Part shown: positions 29,949 through 41,898 of the stretch, one piece after another
Numbering within the stretch: the stretch's first letter is position 1
Layout: every line of letters starts with the position of its first letter
The notes under the pieces: generated by a model
The model's input: only the letters and a program-made list of their open reading frames with translations
What the model was told of the DNA's origin: nothing
The model's database searches: none
Made by a program: the position numbers and the translations under genes
Origin: Candidatus Peregrinibacteria bacterium
GTDB taxonomy: Bacteria; Patescibacteriota; Gracilibacteria; UBA1369
DNA length: 64,000 nucleotides
NCBI GenBank assembly: GCA_963708185.1
Contig: OY970195.1
Span: forward strand, 1,312,001 to 1,376,000
Direction: 5' to 3'

Positions 29949-31076
29949 ATGAAGGGAATCGCCGTCCGTTTTAGAAACGCATGCATTGGATTTGTTTATC
30001 GTTGGCTTCTCAAGCCGATATTTTTCAAGATAGATCCTGAAAAAATTCACGACGGGATGGTCATGAAAGGAATTTTTTTGGGAAAGTTCCGGTTCACCCG
30101 CGCATTGACGCGTTTCTTTTTCGGTTACTCCAGCCCCGTCTTGCGACAGCATATTCTCGGCATCGATTTTCCGAATCCCATCGGTCTCGCAGCGGGCTTC
30201 GACAAGAACGCCCAACTGACGAGCATCATGCCGGAAGTGGGATTCGGTTTCGAGGAGGTGGGCTCCATTACCGGCGAGCCCTGCGAAGGAAATCCCAAGC
30301 CCCGTTTATGGAGACTTCCCAAATCGCGGTCGCTGGTCGTCAATTACGGTCTCAAAAATGACGGCTGCGAAGTGATTTCACGCAGGCTCTCCCACGAGAA
30401 ATTCGTTTTTCCGGTGGGAATAAGCGTTGCCAAAACAAACTCCCCGGATACCTGCGAGACCCAGGAAGGCATTGACGACTATGTCAAAGCTTTCAACCAT
30501 TTTACCCATATCGGCGCCTATTTTACGGTCAACATCAGCTGTCCGAATGCGTATGGCGGACAGCCTTTCACCGATCCGCCGAAACTGGAGAAACTTTTGG
30601 AGGCTCTCGACAGGATTCCGACGCACAAACCGGTTTTTTTAAAGGTTTCGCCCGACATCACGGTCAACAATCTCCATGATGTTCTTGCCATCGCCGGAAA
30701 GCACCGGGTCCGGGGTTTTATCTGCACCAATCTTACGAAGAACCGGCATAACAAGAAAATTTTTGATCCGCATGTCCCGGAAAAAGGCGGGTTGAGCGGG
30801 AAAGTGGTCGAAGATCTCTCCAACGAGATGATCGCGGAAATTTACAGAAAAACCGGAGGCAAGTATGTGATCATGGGTTGCGGAGGCGTGTTTACCGCAG
30901 AGGACGCATACAGGAAAATCCGGCTCGGGGCTTCACTTATCCAGATGATTACCGGTATGATCTACCAGGGTCCCCAGGCGGTCAGCGCCATCAACGCGGG
31001 CCTCTCAAATCTCCTCAAACGTGACGGTTTTTCCAACGTTCACGATGCCGTGGGAGTAGATGTCCGTCTTGCATGA
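29949..31076 (+). CDS. pyrD: Quinone-dependent dihydroorotate dehydrogenase (class 2)
   Basis: NPIGLAAGFDKN, GNPKPRLWRL, VNISCPN, GGLSG motifs. Confidence 0.95.
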   Translation: MKGIAVRFRNACIGFVYRWLLKPIFFKIDPEKIHDGMVMKGIFLGKFRFTRALTRFFFGYSSPVLRQHILGIDFPNPIGLAAGFDKNAQLTSIMPEVGFGFEEVGSITGEPCEGNPKPRLWRLPKSRSLVVNYGLKNDGCEVISRRLSHEKFVFPVGISVAKTNSPDTCETQEGIDDYVKAFNHFTHIGAYFTVNISCPNAYGGQPFTDPPKLEKLLEALDRIPTHKPVFLKVSPDITVNNLHDVLAIAGKHRVRGFICTNLTKNRHNKKIFDPHVPEKGGLSGKVVEDLSNEMIAEIYRKTGGKYVIMGCGGVFTAEDAYRKIRLGASLIQMITGMIYQGPQAVSAINAGLSNLLKRDGFSNVHDAVGVDVRLA

Positions 31077-31489
31077 GAAATTTTTTACACAATTTGTTTC
31101 TGCGGAAGAACGATAATCCGTGGGTCCAGTACATAAGGTATTTCTTGTCGGGAGGAACGGCTTTTGCCGTCTATTTCGTGCTGCTTTTCGTCTTTACGGA
31201 GTACGGGAACATCTATCATCTTACTTCCCTGGTCATTGCTTACGTCATTTCCATCGCCGTGAACTTCACCATCAGCAAGTATTACGTTTTTTCGAACCAT
31301 CATCAGAAGATGAAGCGTCAGTTCGCGAAATTTTTTTCCGTCGCGCTTATCGGTCTCGCCTTGCAGTATGCGGTCGTGTTTTTGCTGGCGGAGTCCTGGT
31401 CCCTTCAGTATCTGATCGCAAATGTGGTTGCTTCGGCGCTTGTCTCCGTCGTAAGCTTTAGTCTGAACCGACTTTTTACTTTTTACTGA
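31073..31489 (+). CDS. gtrA: GtrA-family flippase
   Basis: 4 TM; RYFLSGG, NFTISKYYVF, SFSLNRLFTF. Confidence 0.88.
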   Translation: MRNFLHNLFLRKNDNPWVQYIRYFLSGGTAFAVYFVLLFVFTEYGNIYHLTSLVIAYVISIAVNFTISKYYVFSNHHQKMKRQFAKFFSVALIGLALQYAVVFLLAESWSLQYLIANVVASALVSVVSFSLNRLFTFY

Positions 31490-31493
31490 GGTT

Positions 31494-32639
31494 ATGGACC
31501 ACCCGGAGTTTTCGATTGTCATACCGTGCCTGAACGAAGCCAAAACCCTGCCGATCGTCGTGGAGAAAGCTTTGCTGTCTTTCAAGAGGCTTGGAATCCA
31601 CGGGGAGGTCGTGGTTGCCGATAACGGATCGACGGACGGTTCCGTTGCCGTTGCCGGACGTCATGGGGCGCGGGTCGTCCACTGTCCGCAAAAAGGCTAC
31701 GGGAACGCTCTTATCGCCGGGTTTTCTGCGGCCAAGGGAAAGTACCTGATCATGGGTGACGCCGACGATTCCTATAACTTCGAGGAGATCGACGGTTTTG
31801 TTTCGTCTCTTCGCGAAGGATACGATCTTGTCATGGGCTCGCGTTTCAAAGGACATATCCAGGAGGGAGCCATGCCGTTCCTGCACCGCTATCTGGGGAC
31901 GCCGGTGCTGACTTTTTTGCTGAATCTTTTTTTCGGGACGAAAATTTCCGACTGCAACTGCGGAATGCGAGGCCTGAGCAAGGAAGCATTTGAAAAACTC
32001 AAACTCGAGGCGCAGGGTATGGAGTTCGCTTCAGAAATGATCATCAAGGCCGGGATTCTTCATCTTAAAATACAGGAGATCGCTGTGACGCTTTACCAGG
32101 ATAAGCGTGGCAGGAAGCCGCACCTCAACACCTGGCGTGACGGATGGAGACATCTGAAGTTCATGCTGCTGTACGCTCCGAATTTTTTGTTTATTTACCC
32201 CGGAGTCGTGGCTTTCGTCATCGGTTCGGTCCTTACTCTGACCCAGTTTAACGGACCCTTTACCCTCGGTCCGGTTTTTTGGGATATTCACATGATGATT
32301 TTGGGTCTGACGTTGAGTCTCCTCGGGGTTTTTGTTTTTCAGATGGGCATGATCATCAAGCTGTTGTCTTCTTTGCAGCACTATTATACGAGAGACCGCC
32401 TGGTGCAGTGGCTAAAGAAAGTCAGTCTGGAAAAGCAGCTGGTGGCCGGCATTTTTTTTGTACTTGTTGGGCTCGGCATCGACGGATACATCTTCTGGGT
32501 CTGGATCGGTCACGATTTCAAAGATATTTTCATGCCTCAAAAAGCCATCGTCAGCCTGTATTTTCTTTTTATCGGGCTCTCGTTGATTTTTTTCGGATTT
32601 TTCAGGGCTATTTTGGATAAACAAGATGATGCATCATGA
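31494..32639 (+). CDS. GT2 polyprenol-phosphate glycosyltransferase with C-terminal TMs
   Basis: SIVIPCLNEA, ADNGSTDGS, GYGNAL, MGDADDSY. Confidence 0.92.
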   Translation: MDHPEFSIVIPCLNEAKTLPIVVEKALLSFKRLGIHGEVVVADNGSTDGSVAVAGRHGARVVHCPQKGYGNALIAGFSAAKGKYLIMGDADDSYNFEEIDGFVSSLREGYDLVMGSRFKGHIQEGAMPFLHRYLGTPVLTFLLNLFFGTKISDCNCGMRGLSKEAFEKLKLEAQGMEFASEMIIKAGILHLKIQEIAVTLYQDKRGRKPHLNTWRDGWRHLKFMLLYAPNFLFIYPGVVAFVIGSVLTLTQFNGPFTLGPVFWDIHMMILGLTLSLLGVFVFQMGMIIKLLSSLQHYYTRDRLVQWLKKVSLEKQLVAGIFFVLVGLGIDGYIFWVWIGHDFKDIFMPQKAIVSLYFLFIGLSLIFFGFFRAILDKQDDAS

Positions 32640-34021
32640 AGAAAAACATCCAACAACAATCAAGGAATAAATTTTTACACGGTTTAAAAGTTTTCGGTTA
32701 TTTGCTTGTCGCCAGTTTGATTTTCCTGATCCCGAGCATCTGGAACGGCTATCCGCTCGTTTTTTCGGACACCGGATCGTACATATATTCCGCTTTTTCC
32801 TTGAAGGTTCCCCTGGACCGTCCAATCGGATACGGTTATTTCATCAGGCTTTTTTCGCTCGGTGCGAGCTTGTGGTTCGTGGTTTACGCACAGGCTTTTT
32901 TCACGGTTTATCTCGTCTGGAAAACCCTGCGCGTTTTTGTGTCGAAGCGTCCGTTCCTGACTCATTTTTGTCTGACAGTTCTTCTGGCCTGCCTTACCAC
33001 AGCCTCTTGGATAGCGAGCCAGGTGATGCCGGACGCTTTCCCGGCACTGATGTTGCTTATTGTTTTCGTTTTTATTACCGGCAAGAACTCCGTGGCTGAG
33101 CGGATTTTCTTGGCCCTGTTACTGATGTTTTTCCTCGTGACGCACAACGCGAATTTCCTTTTGCTGCTTGGAGTTTTGTTTTTGTCTTTTCTTATGGTCT
33201 TTTTTTTCAGGCGTTTTTCAAAGCACCGTTCCGAATACCTTTCAAGAATGGGTATGCTGGCGGTGACAGCGCTCTTTGCACCGGTCTTTTTCCTCGTCAG
33301 TAACAATGCCCAGGGATACGGCACGGTTTTAAGTCCGTCCTCGGATGTTTTCATGATGTCCCGCGTGAACGACGCCGGAATTCTGGATGATTTTCTTTCG
33401 AGCCACTGCAGCCAGGTTCATTATTACCTCTGTCTTTATGCAGGGAATTTCCCCCAGGGCGACGCTTTCATCTGGAACAACGACAGTCCGGTCAATATTC
33501 GCGGATGGCAGGAATCCCGCGACGAGTTCGATATGATCCTTCGTCAGGTTTTCGCGAATCCTTCCTATGTCGCGGATTTTGTTGGGGACAGCTTTTACCG
33601 TTCGGTGAAACTGTTGTTCATGTTCGGCATGGATTCCTACTATCCCTACGATGCGTCCGGGCCGATCTATCCCCAGATCATGAATTTCTTCCCACAGGAA
33701 CTTCCGCAGTACGTTCGAGCCCGGCAGTACCGAGGCGATTTGCAGACCGTTCATGGGTTCGATCTTCTTTTTATGCTGACGGGTTTTGCCGGTTTTCTCT
33801 ATCTTTTGTGGAATCTTTTCGGATCGCGTCTTCTCGACGAAAAAGGCCGTTTTTTTGTCCTGCAGATTTTTTCGTTGTTGCTCGTTAATGCTTCGGTTAT
33901 GGCTACTTTTTCCGGCGTCTACGGACGCTACCAGGAACGTTTGGCTTGGCTTCTGCCTTTTGCGGGCGCTCTTTTTTTGCTGAAGAGAATCTTTTCTCAA
34001 GAAAAGATTTTGAGGAAGTGA
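32636..34021 (+). CDS. Multi-TM membrane protein, probable GT-C type glycosyltransferase
   Basis: WNGYPLVFSDTGSY, DRPIGY, MPD motifs; third gene of gtrA-GT2 cassette. Confidence 0.65.
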   Translation: MKKNIQQQSRNKFLHGLKVFGYLLVASLIFLIPSIWNGYPLVFSDTGSYIYSAFSLKVPLDRPIGYGYFIRLFSLGASLWFVVYAQAFFTVYLVWKTLRVFVSKRPFLTHFCLTVLLACLTTASWIASQVMPDAFPALMLLIVFVFITGKNSVAERIFLALLLMFFLVTHNANFLLLLGVLFLSFLMVFFFRRFSKHRSEYLSRMGMLAVTALFAPVFFLVSNNAQGYGTVLSPSSDVFMMSRVNDAGILDDFLSSHCSQVHYYLCLYAGNFPQGDAFIWNNDSPVNIRGWQESRDEFDMILRQVFANPSYVADFVGDSFYRSVKLLFMFGMDSYYPYDASGPIYPQIMNFFPQELPQYVRARQYRGDLQTVHGFDLLFMLTGFAGFLYLLWNLFGSRLLDEKGRFFVLQIFSLLLVNASVMATFSGVYGRYQERLAWLLPFAGALFLLKRIFSQEKILRK

Positions 34022-34075
34022 CTTGCCGCCCATGGAATCTATGGTATCCTTGGGCTGATTTTACCCTTTGAGCTC

Positions 34076-35497
34076 ATGGGCGTTGTGTTATCGGCCCTTT
34101 GTGAAGGCATGAGTCCATCCGATTCGGATCGAGTGGGCCGGGTTTATGCGTTCGCAAAAAAATATCTTCGAACGGTCCGAAGGCGCAGCGGTGAAAGTTA
34201 CTTCCAGCATGGGTGCGAGGTTGCACGTACGGCGCTTGAAGTCCGTCGTGACCCTCTCTACGCGGTTTCGGCGATTCTTCATGACGTCCAAGTCCATCCT
34301 CTGGGCGAAGAACTGCTCAAGCAGGCCTCGGTCGATGATGACGAACGTTTTTTGATCCGGGAAATGCACGTATTGAGACGTCTGCACATCGATGCGAGTA
34401 CCCAGGATCTCGATAAGGTCATCAGCGCTTTTTCAACAGATTCGCGTTTGCTGCTTTTACGTATGGCCCATCGTTTGAACGACGTGAGACATCTTGAGCG
34501 TTTCACCGGCAAGCTCCGCCGTGATCTCGCAAGCGAAACGCTCCATATGTACGCGCCCATCGCGGGAAGGTTGGGTTTTTACGCCTGGAGATACGAGATG
34601 GAAGATTTTTCTTTTGCCGTGCTCCAGCCTAAACTCGACGCGAAGCTGAGGAAAAAGTTCAGCAACCTCAGGCCTTTTGACCTGACCTGCCTCCGCCAGA
34701 CACAGAGGTTTCTCCGGCAGAAACTGAAAGATGCCGGAATTCATGCCGATATCGATTTCAGGATCAAAAGTGTTTATTCAACGTACAGGAAAATGCTTTT
34801 GAAACACCGCAAATTTGAGGAGCTTACCGACCGTCTGGCCTTGAGGGTCATTGTTCCCGATATCAACGCCTGCTATGCCGCTCTGGGTATCGTCCACCAG
34901 ATGATGCATCCAGTACCGGGAAAGCTGAAGGATTATATCGGTGCTCCGAAAGAAAACGGGTACCGCTCGATACATACGGCCGTCTATCCTATGCCGGGCG
35001 TAACCGACCAACCAATGGAGATTCAGATCCGCACCGCGGCGATGCATCAGGAATGTGAGTTCGGTGCGGCCGCCCACAGCGATTACAAACATATGCGCTA
35101 CCGGCTTTCCACAAAGACTTCGCGGGTCGACATTTTCAGGAATCTTGAAACGCTCCGTCTTGAAGCGAATTCTCCGGAAAAGTTCGAGCAAACCCTGAGA
35201 ACCTATTTCCGTCAGGACCACCTCGTCATTTTTGACGAAAAGAACAATATCTCCCATATTAAAAAGCCGGCGACGGCCATGGACTATATCTGTCTGGCCA
35301 AACCTGAGCGTTGTCGTTTTCTCAAAGAGGTGAAAGTAAACGGAAAAATTGACCATTTCGACACCGTGCTCAAAGACGGGGATGTCATTGAGGCGAGATT
35401 CGGCCGTCGGATTTCCGTCCGTCCCGAATGGATGTATATGTGCCGGCAAAACTATTCCAGACTTTTTTTGAAAAAACATTTTTTGGTAAAATCATGA
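34076..35497 (+). CDS. RelA/SpoT homologue (degenerate HD + synthetase + TGS)
   Basis: RRSGESY..H, LHD; RIKSVYS..RKM, DRLALRVI, DYIGAPKENGYRSIHT, EIQIRT; TGS VKVNGK..LKDGDVIE. Confidence 0.9.
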   Translation: MGVVLSALCEGMSPSDSDRVGRVYAFAKKYLRTVRRRSGESYFQHGCEVARTALEVRRDPLYAVSAILHDVQVHPLGEELLKQASVDDDERFLIREMHVLRRLHIDASTQDLDKVISAFSTDSRLLLLRMAHRLNDVRHLERFTGKLRRDLASETLHMYAPIAGRLGFYAWRYEMEDFSFAVLQPKLDAKLRKKFSNLRPFDLTCLRQTQRFLRQKLKDAGIHADIDFRIKSVYSTYRKMLLKHRKFEELTDRLALRVIVPDINACYAALGIVHQMMHPVPGKLKDYIGAPKENGYRSIHTAVYPMPGVTDQPMEIQIRTAAMHQECEFGAAAHSDYKHMRYRLSTKTSRVDIFRNLETLRLEANSPEKFEQTLRTYFRQDHLVIFDEKNNISHIKKPATAMDYICLAKPERCRFLKEVKVNGKIDHFDTVLKDGDVIEARFGRRISVRPEWMYMCRQNYSRLFLKKHFLVKS

Positions 35498-35554
35498 AAT
35501 TGTCATGAATAAGCTATGGAACGGTTTTATAATCGTTTCCATTTACGTTTTTTT

Positions 35555-35950
35555 ATGACAGAATACAGCAGACTCATTGATGGTGGATTTTCCGATAAAA
35601 TAACTCTTCTTGAGTCTTCCGCGGTTGACGAGTTGCGCCGTGAGCAGATGAAACGGATTTTTCAGATTTCGGAAGAAACCGTCCGGAATATCGTTGAGAG
35701 TGCGGGATATGAACATGACTGGTGGAAATCCGAGAATGATCTTGAGTACGTGTGGGGCCAGTTGGACTTTAATATTCTGGTTGGAGACGAAGCTGCCTTC
35801 AGAGGGAAGCTTTCCCGTGTTCTCGGGCGTGACGTCGTTCCTGGCGCTCCGCTGGATTGCGATCTTCTCAAAAAGGAATTGCGAATGAAATATCCGGATT
35901 TTTCTTTTGACGAGGTTGTCAAGAAATCTCTCATTCCTCCGGAAGCTTAG
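35555..35950 (+). CDS. Hypothetical protein
   Basis: ORF fills the gap; ATG after T-rich leader; no recognised motif. Confidence 0.55.
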   Translation: MTEYSRLIDGGFSDKITLLESSAVDELRREQMKRIFQISEETVRNIVESAGYEHDWWKSENDLEYVWGQLDFNILVGDEAAFRGKLSRVLGRDVVPGAPLDCDLLKKELRMKYPDFSFDEVVKKSLIPPEA

Positions 35951-35969
35951 CCGGCCATTCGTTTGGCTC

Positions 35970-36485
35970 TTACAGTTTCAACCCCCTGAATACTTCGAAA
36001 ATCCTGGTTGTTTTTACCGTACTGTCGTTTGTTTTTCTTGTAATGACCCCCGGTTTCGGGATCATGAGTTTTCCGAGGTCGCTGTTGATGACCTGCCATT
36101 CTTCTCCGTCCACGACGAATTTTTTCCTTGGGAGCCAGCGGGAAAGATGGGAAATAAAATACAGGCTTTGTTTCGTGTTTCTCCCTGAGTCGCTTTCTTT
36201 TATTTCTTTGAGCGCCGCATGAAACGATGCTTCGGTCGCACCTTCTTTTTGGGCTTCGAAAATCAGGTTCGCGAACGAGACGCCAAGTTCCGCGTTTCTG
36301 TCTGAGATGTAAGGATCAACAATAATCGTTTTCGTTATCGCGAGCCTCAGCTTGGTTTCGTCGTTCACTTTTTGGATTTCGCCTGATTTTGCTTTGGCTT
36401 CTGAAAGGCAGCGTTCTTCTTTTGAAAGAACATTATCCGTGTTTTCGCGATTGGGGCCTATTGATATTTCAGGCTTCAGCGGCAT
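35970..36485 (-). CDS. Hypothetical protein
   Basis: 171-aa ORF filling the gap; no recognised motif. Confidence 0.55.
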   Translation of the reverse strand: MPLKPEISIGPNRENTDNVLSKEERCLSEAKAKSGEIQKVNDETKLRLAITKTIIVDPYISDRNAELGVSFANLIFEAQKEGATEASFHAALKEIKESDSGRNTKQSLYFISHLSRWLPRKKFVVDGEEWQVINSDLGKLMIPKPGVITRKTNDSTVKTTRIFEVFRGLKL

Positions 36486-36545
36486 GTGGAAAATGGAAAT
36501 GGCTTTTCTAATACTTTCTAGAAGATCGTTTTTGTTCTGTCAACG

Positions 36546-38039
36546 TTAAGCTTCCACGTGCACCGTGACGTTTTTGTTCATGGTGATGTCCCCGATGCCG
36601 AAGGCCAGGATCGCACCGATGAACACGATGGCCGCGGAAACCAGGAACACCGTGTGGTAGCCGAAGATCTGGGCTTTCAGAGAAATGAGCCCCACGTACT
36701 GCTGGTAGTCTGCGATGTTTCCGCCGTTGAAATGACTGAGTTTCGATATCTGGATGACGTTATCTTCGATTGAGTTGTTGAGCAGCGTTCCGAAGATGGC
36801 AATACCGAACGCTCCGGCGATGTTCCGCGCCAGTGCGAGAATCGAGGAAGCGATCCCTACTTCGTGTATTGGGACGACCGCCGCGATGATGTTCGTCCGT
36901 TGCGCCATGCCGAAACCCATGCCGAAGGCCATGATGCTCAGAGGAATGATGATGTCGAGGCTCGTCGAACGGGGATCGAGTGCCGAGAAAAGGTACAGCC
37001 CCACGGCCGCCACGGCGGTGCTGGCAATGATGACATATCTGGGTTGTATGGATCCGGTATATCTTCCCCCGAGCGGCGCGCCGATCATGAGCGCCGCCGC
37101 CATGGGGATGAAGAGGTAGCCGGTGGCCGTGGCGTCGTATCCCAGGAAGGTCTGCGCGAAAATGGGAATAAGGAAAATGCTCCCCATCATTCCCATGAAA
37201 ATAATGAAGTTGTTCAGAAGCGTCTGGACGAAAATGGGGTTCTTGAAAAATTTGAGGTCGATGATCGGTTCCTTGTGATTTTTTTCGATTTTCAAAAAGT
37301 ACAGGAGGCTTGCGATCGTCACGATGTACGAGGTGACGCTGTTGAGGGAAAGCCATCCCCAGTCTTGTCCTTTATCCAGTACCAGGACGAGCGAAGAGAG
37401 GGATATGCCGAGCACGATGGCTCCCTTGATGTCGAACGACTGGTTCTGAACCTTTGATTTTGATTCGGCAACAAAGGCCATGGCCATCAATAGTCCGATG
37501 ATGCCGATCGGCAGGTTGATGAGAAAGACGGAGCGCCATCCGAAGTAGTCGATGAGCGGACCGCCGATCAAAGGGCCGAAGACGGCCGCCGCGGCAAACG
37601 ATGCCGACCAGATTCCGAGGGCCTGGGCCCGTTCGCGGTCGTCCGTATAGGTAATGGCCAGGATGGCCATGGCCGTCGGGTAGTCAGCCGATCCGGCGAT
37701 GGCCTGGATGACGCGAAAAACGATCATGGATTCCAGGTTCCAGGCAAAACCTGCGAGGATCGATCCGATGATGAAAATGGTGAAGCCGAGGATGTAGATT
37801 TTTTTTCTTCCGAGGGTGTCACCGAGTTTTCCCCAGACCGGAACGAAAACCGCATTGGCGAGAATGTAGGCCGTGGCTATCCATCCCGCGGATGTCACAG
37901 TGATACTGAAGTCCTGGATGATCTTCGGAAGCGCGAGGTTGACGATGGTCTGGTCCAGTCTTCCCAAAAATGTCCCGATGATGACGGTAAGCAAAATCAG
38001 TCCTTTTGGAGGGCCTTTTTTGGTTTCAGCTTCAGCCAT
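36546..38039 (-). CDS. DHA2 (EmrB/QacA) 14-TM MFS efflux permease
   Basis: LDQTIVNLALPKI, WIATAY, GKLGDTLGRKK, GWRSVFLINLPIG. Confidence 0.93.
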   Translation of the reverse strand: MAEAETKKGPPKGLILLTVIIGTFLGRLDQTIVNLALPKIIQDFSITVTSAGWIATAYILANAVFVPVWGKLGDTLGRKKIYILGFTIFIIGSILAGFAWNLESMIVFRVIQAIAGSADYPTAMAILAITYTDDRERAQALGIWSASFAAAAVFGPLIGGPLIDYFGWRSVFLINLPIGIIGLLMAMAFVAESKSKVQNQSFDIKGAIVLGISLSSLVLVLDKGQDWGWLSLNSVTSYIVTIASLLYFLKIEKNHKEPIIDLKFFKNPIFVQTLLNNFIIFMGMMGSIFLIPIFAQTFLGYDATATGYLFIPMAAALMIGAPLGGRYTGSIQPRYVIIASTAVAAVGLYLFSALDPRSTSLDIIIPLSIMAFGMGFGMAQRTNIIAAVVPIHEVGIASSILALARNIAGAFGIAIFGTLLNNSIEDNVIQISKLSHFNGGNIADYQQYVGLISLKAQIFGYHTVFLVSAAIVFIGAILAFGIGDITMNKNVTVHVEA

Positions 38040-38050
38040 CGGGCGGTTGG

Positions 38051-38728
38051 TTACTTGATAATCCAGACCCTGGCTGACATTCCGTTTTGAAAAGGCGGCG
38101 TTGTCGCCCGGTCATAGGCGATTTTTATTTCGTACTGCTGTTCCTGGCGTTTGTCGGAAATATTGAAGACCACGTCGCCGGCCTTGTTGGTCGGGGAAAC
38201 TTCTTCGACCGTTCCATCGAACTGGCGTGAGCCGTAGGCGTCCACGGTGAAGCGCGCTTTCTGGCCGATGTGGATATCCGTCAGTCCTTTGTCTTCTTCA
38301 ATACTCGCCACGACCCTCATCGCTTGAGGCTCGATCATGGTGACGACCGGTTGTCCGGGATTATATACCGCGCCGATATCGTGTTTTACGGTAATAGCAG
38401 TGCCCGCGACCTCGGTGGTGATCATTTCGTTTCCGACTCTGGCAACGGGTTCGTGGGCCCGGAGGCCGTCTCCTTCCCGGACGAGCACGGCTTTGAGCAC
38501 CCCTGGAGTCTGGGGGGTTAATTGGATCAGCGGGGCGCTTATGGAAGCGTCTTCGGTATAGATATACTGACTTTGGTCCAACCAATACCAGATTCCGCCG
38601 CCGATCAAAACAACGCCGAGGATGATCATCGCCGGGACGGCAAATTTTCTCAGGTTGTTTCCTTTCGATTTTTTCGGGTCGGTTGCGGCTGGTGCGGAGC
38701 TTGAGGGAGTAGCTTTTTCGGCGTTCAT
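38051..38728 (-). CDS. Short EmrA/HlyD-type membrane fusion protein
   Basis: N-terminal TM, TEDA, GQKARFTVDAY, GMSARV; helical hairpin appears absent. Confidence 0.85.
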   Translation of the reverse strand: MNAEKATPSSSAPAATDPKKSKGNNLRKFAVPAMIILGVVLIGGGIWYWLDQSQYIYTEDASISAPLIQLTPQTPGVLKAVLVREGDGLRAHEPVARVGNEMITTEVAGTAITVKHDIGAVYNPGQPVVTMIEPQAMRVVASIEEDKGLTDIHIGQKARFTVDAYGSRQFDGTVEEVSPTNKAGDVVFNISDKRQEQQYEIKIAYDRATTPPFQNGMSARVWIIK

Positions 38729-38802
38729 GGCCTTGCTGTTAAGGAAAGTAATAATAGATTTTTTTTAGATTTTGTCAACGTTCATGTGCCACGGTTGACT
38801 TC

Positions 38803-38826
38803 AAAAGGGGCCGGAAGGCCCCTTTT
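38803..38826. terminator. Intrinsic terminator after cupredoxin/atp transcript
   Basis: AAAAGGGGCC-ggaa-GGCCCCTTTT. Confidence 0.85.
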
Positions 38827-38853
38827 TTGATATCTTTGAATGGATGCGATGCG

Positions 38854-39360
38854 TTATTCCACGATAAGGGTGCCTTTCATGCCCATCTGGCGGTGTTTTC
38901 CGACGTTACAGTAGTATTCGAATGTCCCGGCTTTATCGGCTACGAACTGAAGGGGAGTGACCTCCGGGGTCATGCTGGGTTCCGTGGTGAGGTTGAATTC
39001 GTCGAGAATGAAATCGTGCTTTCCGCCGTCATTTTTGAAATTGATGATAACCGTATCGCCTTTCTTCACCTTGATCATATTGGGAACAAAGTAGAAGTTT
39101 CCTCCGTCAACCGTGAAGGTCAGGGTTTTTGGCGAATGGTCGGACGCTCCGTCTTCGAGCTGCTGTGACTGTTCAGCCGTGAGATCAGGAGGCGTTTGGG
39201 GTTCCATGTTCATTTTTTGTTGGCTTCCCTGTGCCTGCGTAGAGCCAGTATTGTCCGTGCCCGCCGTGTTCTGGGAAGAGTCCGTTCCCGGGGCGCATCC
39301 CGCCATGACGAGGGTGAGTGAAAGAAACAGTGCCGGTGCGATCAACCTGGATTTTTTCAT
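38854..39360 (-). CDS. Cupredoxin-domain lipoprotein
   Basis: Lipobox MAGC; HDF...YYCNVGKHRQMGMKGTLIV type-1 copper ligands. Confidence 0.9.
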   Translation of the reverse strand: MKKSRLIAPALFLSLTLVMAGCAPGTDSSQNTAGTDNTGSTQAQGSQQKMNMEPQTPPDLTAEQSQQLEDGASDHSPKTLTFTVDGGNFYFVPNMIKVKKGDTVIINFKNDGGKHDFILDEFNLTTEPSMTPEVTPLQFVADKAGTFEYYCNVGKHRQMGMKGTLIVE

Positions 39361-39396
39361 AAGAAATAATAAAAGAGATAAGTAAGGTGTCGTTTT

Positions 39397-39654
39397 TCAG
39401 ATGGATGCCGTGAGTATAACCGTCAACGTGTCGTGGGCAAAGTGGCAGAAACCGCTCGAGATGTCCATGGTTTCCGGTTCTTCATCGTCTTTTCGGATGC
39501 TGATGATGCCTTTTTTCAAGAGTTGGAAGAGCTCGGCGTGTTTCGAAAGGACCTGGATTTCTCCTTTTGCTCCCGGGAGAGTGACGGAGCGGATGTCGTT
39601 GTAGGTTATGCAGGCGCCGGTGGTGAGGATCTGACAGGTCATGGTCAAAAGCAT
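39397..39654 (-). CDS. atpC: ATP synthase epsilon subunit (N-terminal beta domain only; start uncertain)
   Basis: VTLPGAKGEIQVLSKHA..L..G..I..ISSGF; last gene of atp operon. Confidence 0.8.
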   Translation of the reverse strand: MLLTMTCQILTTGACITYNDIRSVTLPGAKGEIQVLSKHAELFQLLKKGIISIRKDDEEPETMDISSGFCHFAHDTLTVILTASI

Positions 39655-39661
39655 CAAAAAA

Positions 39662-41875
<2,214 letters not shown>

Positions 41876-41898
<23 letters not shown>

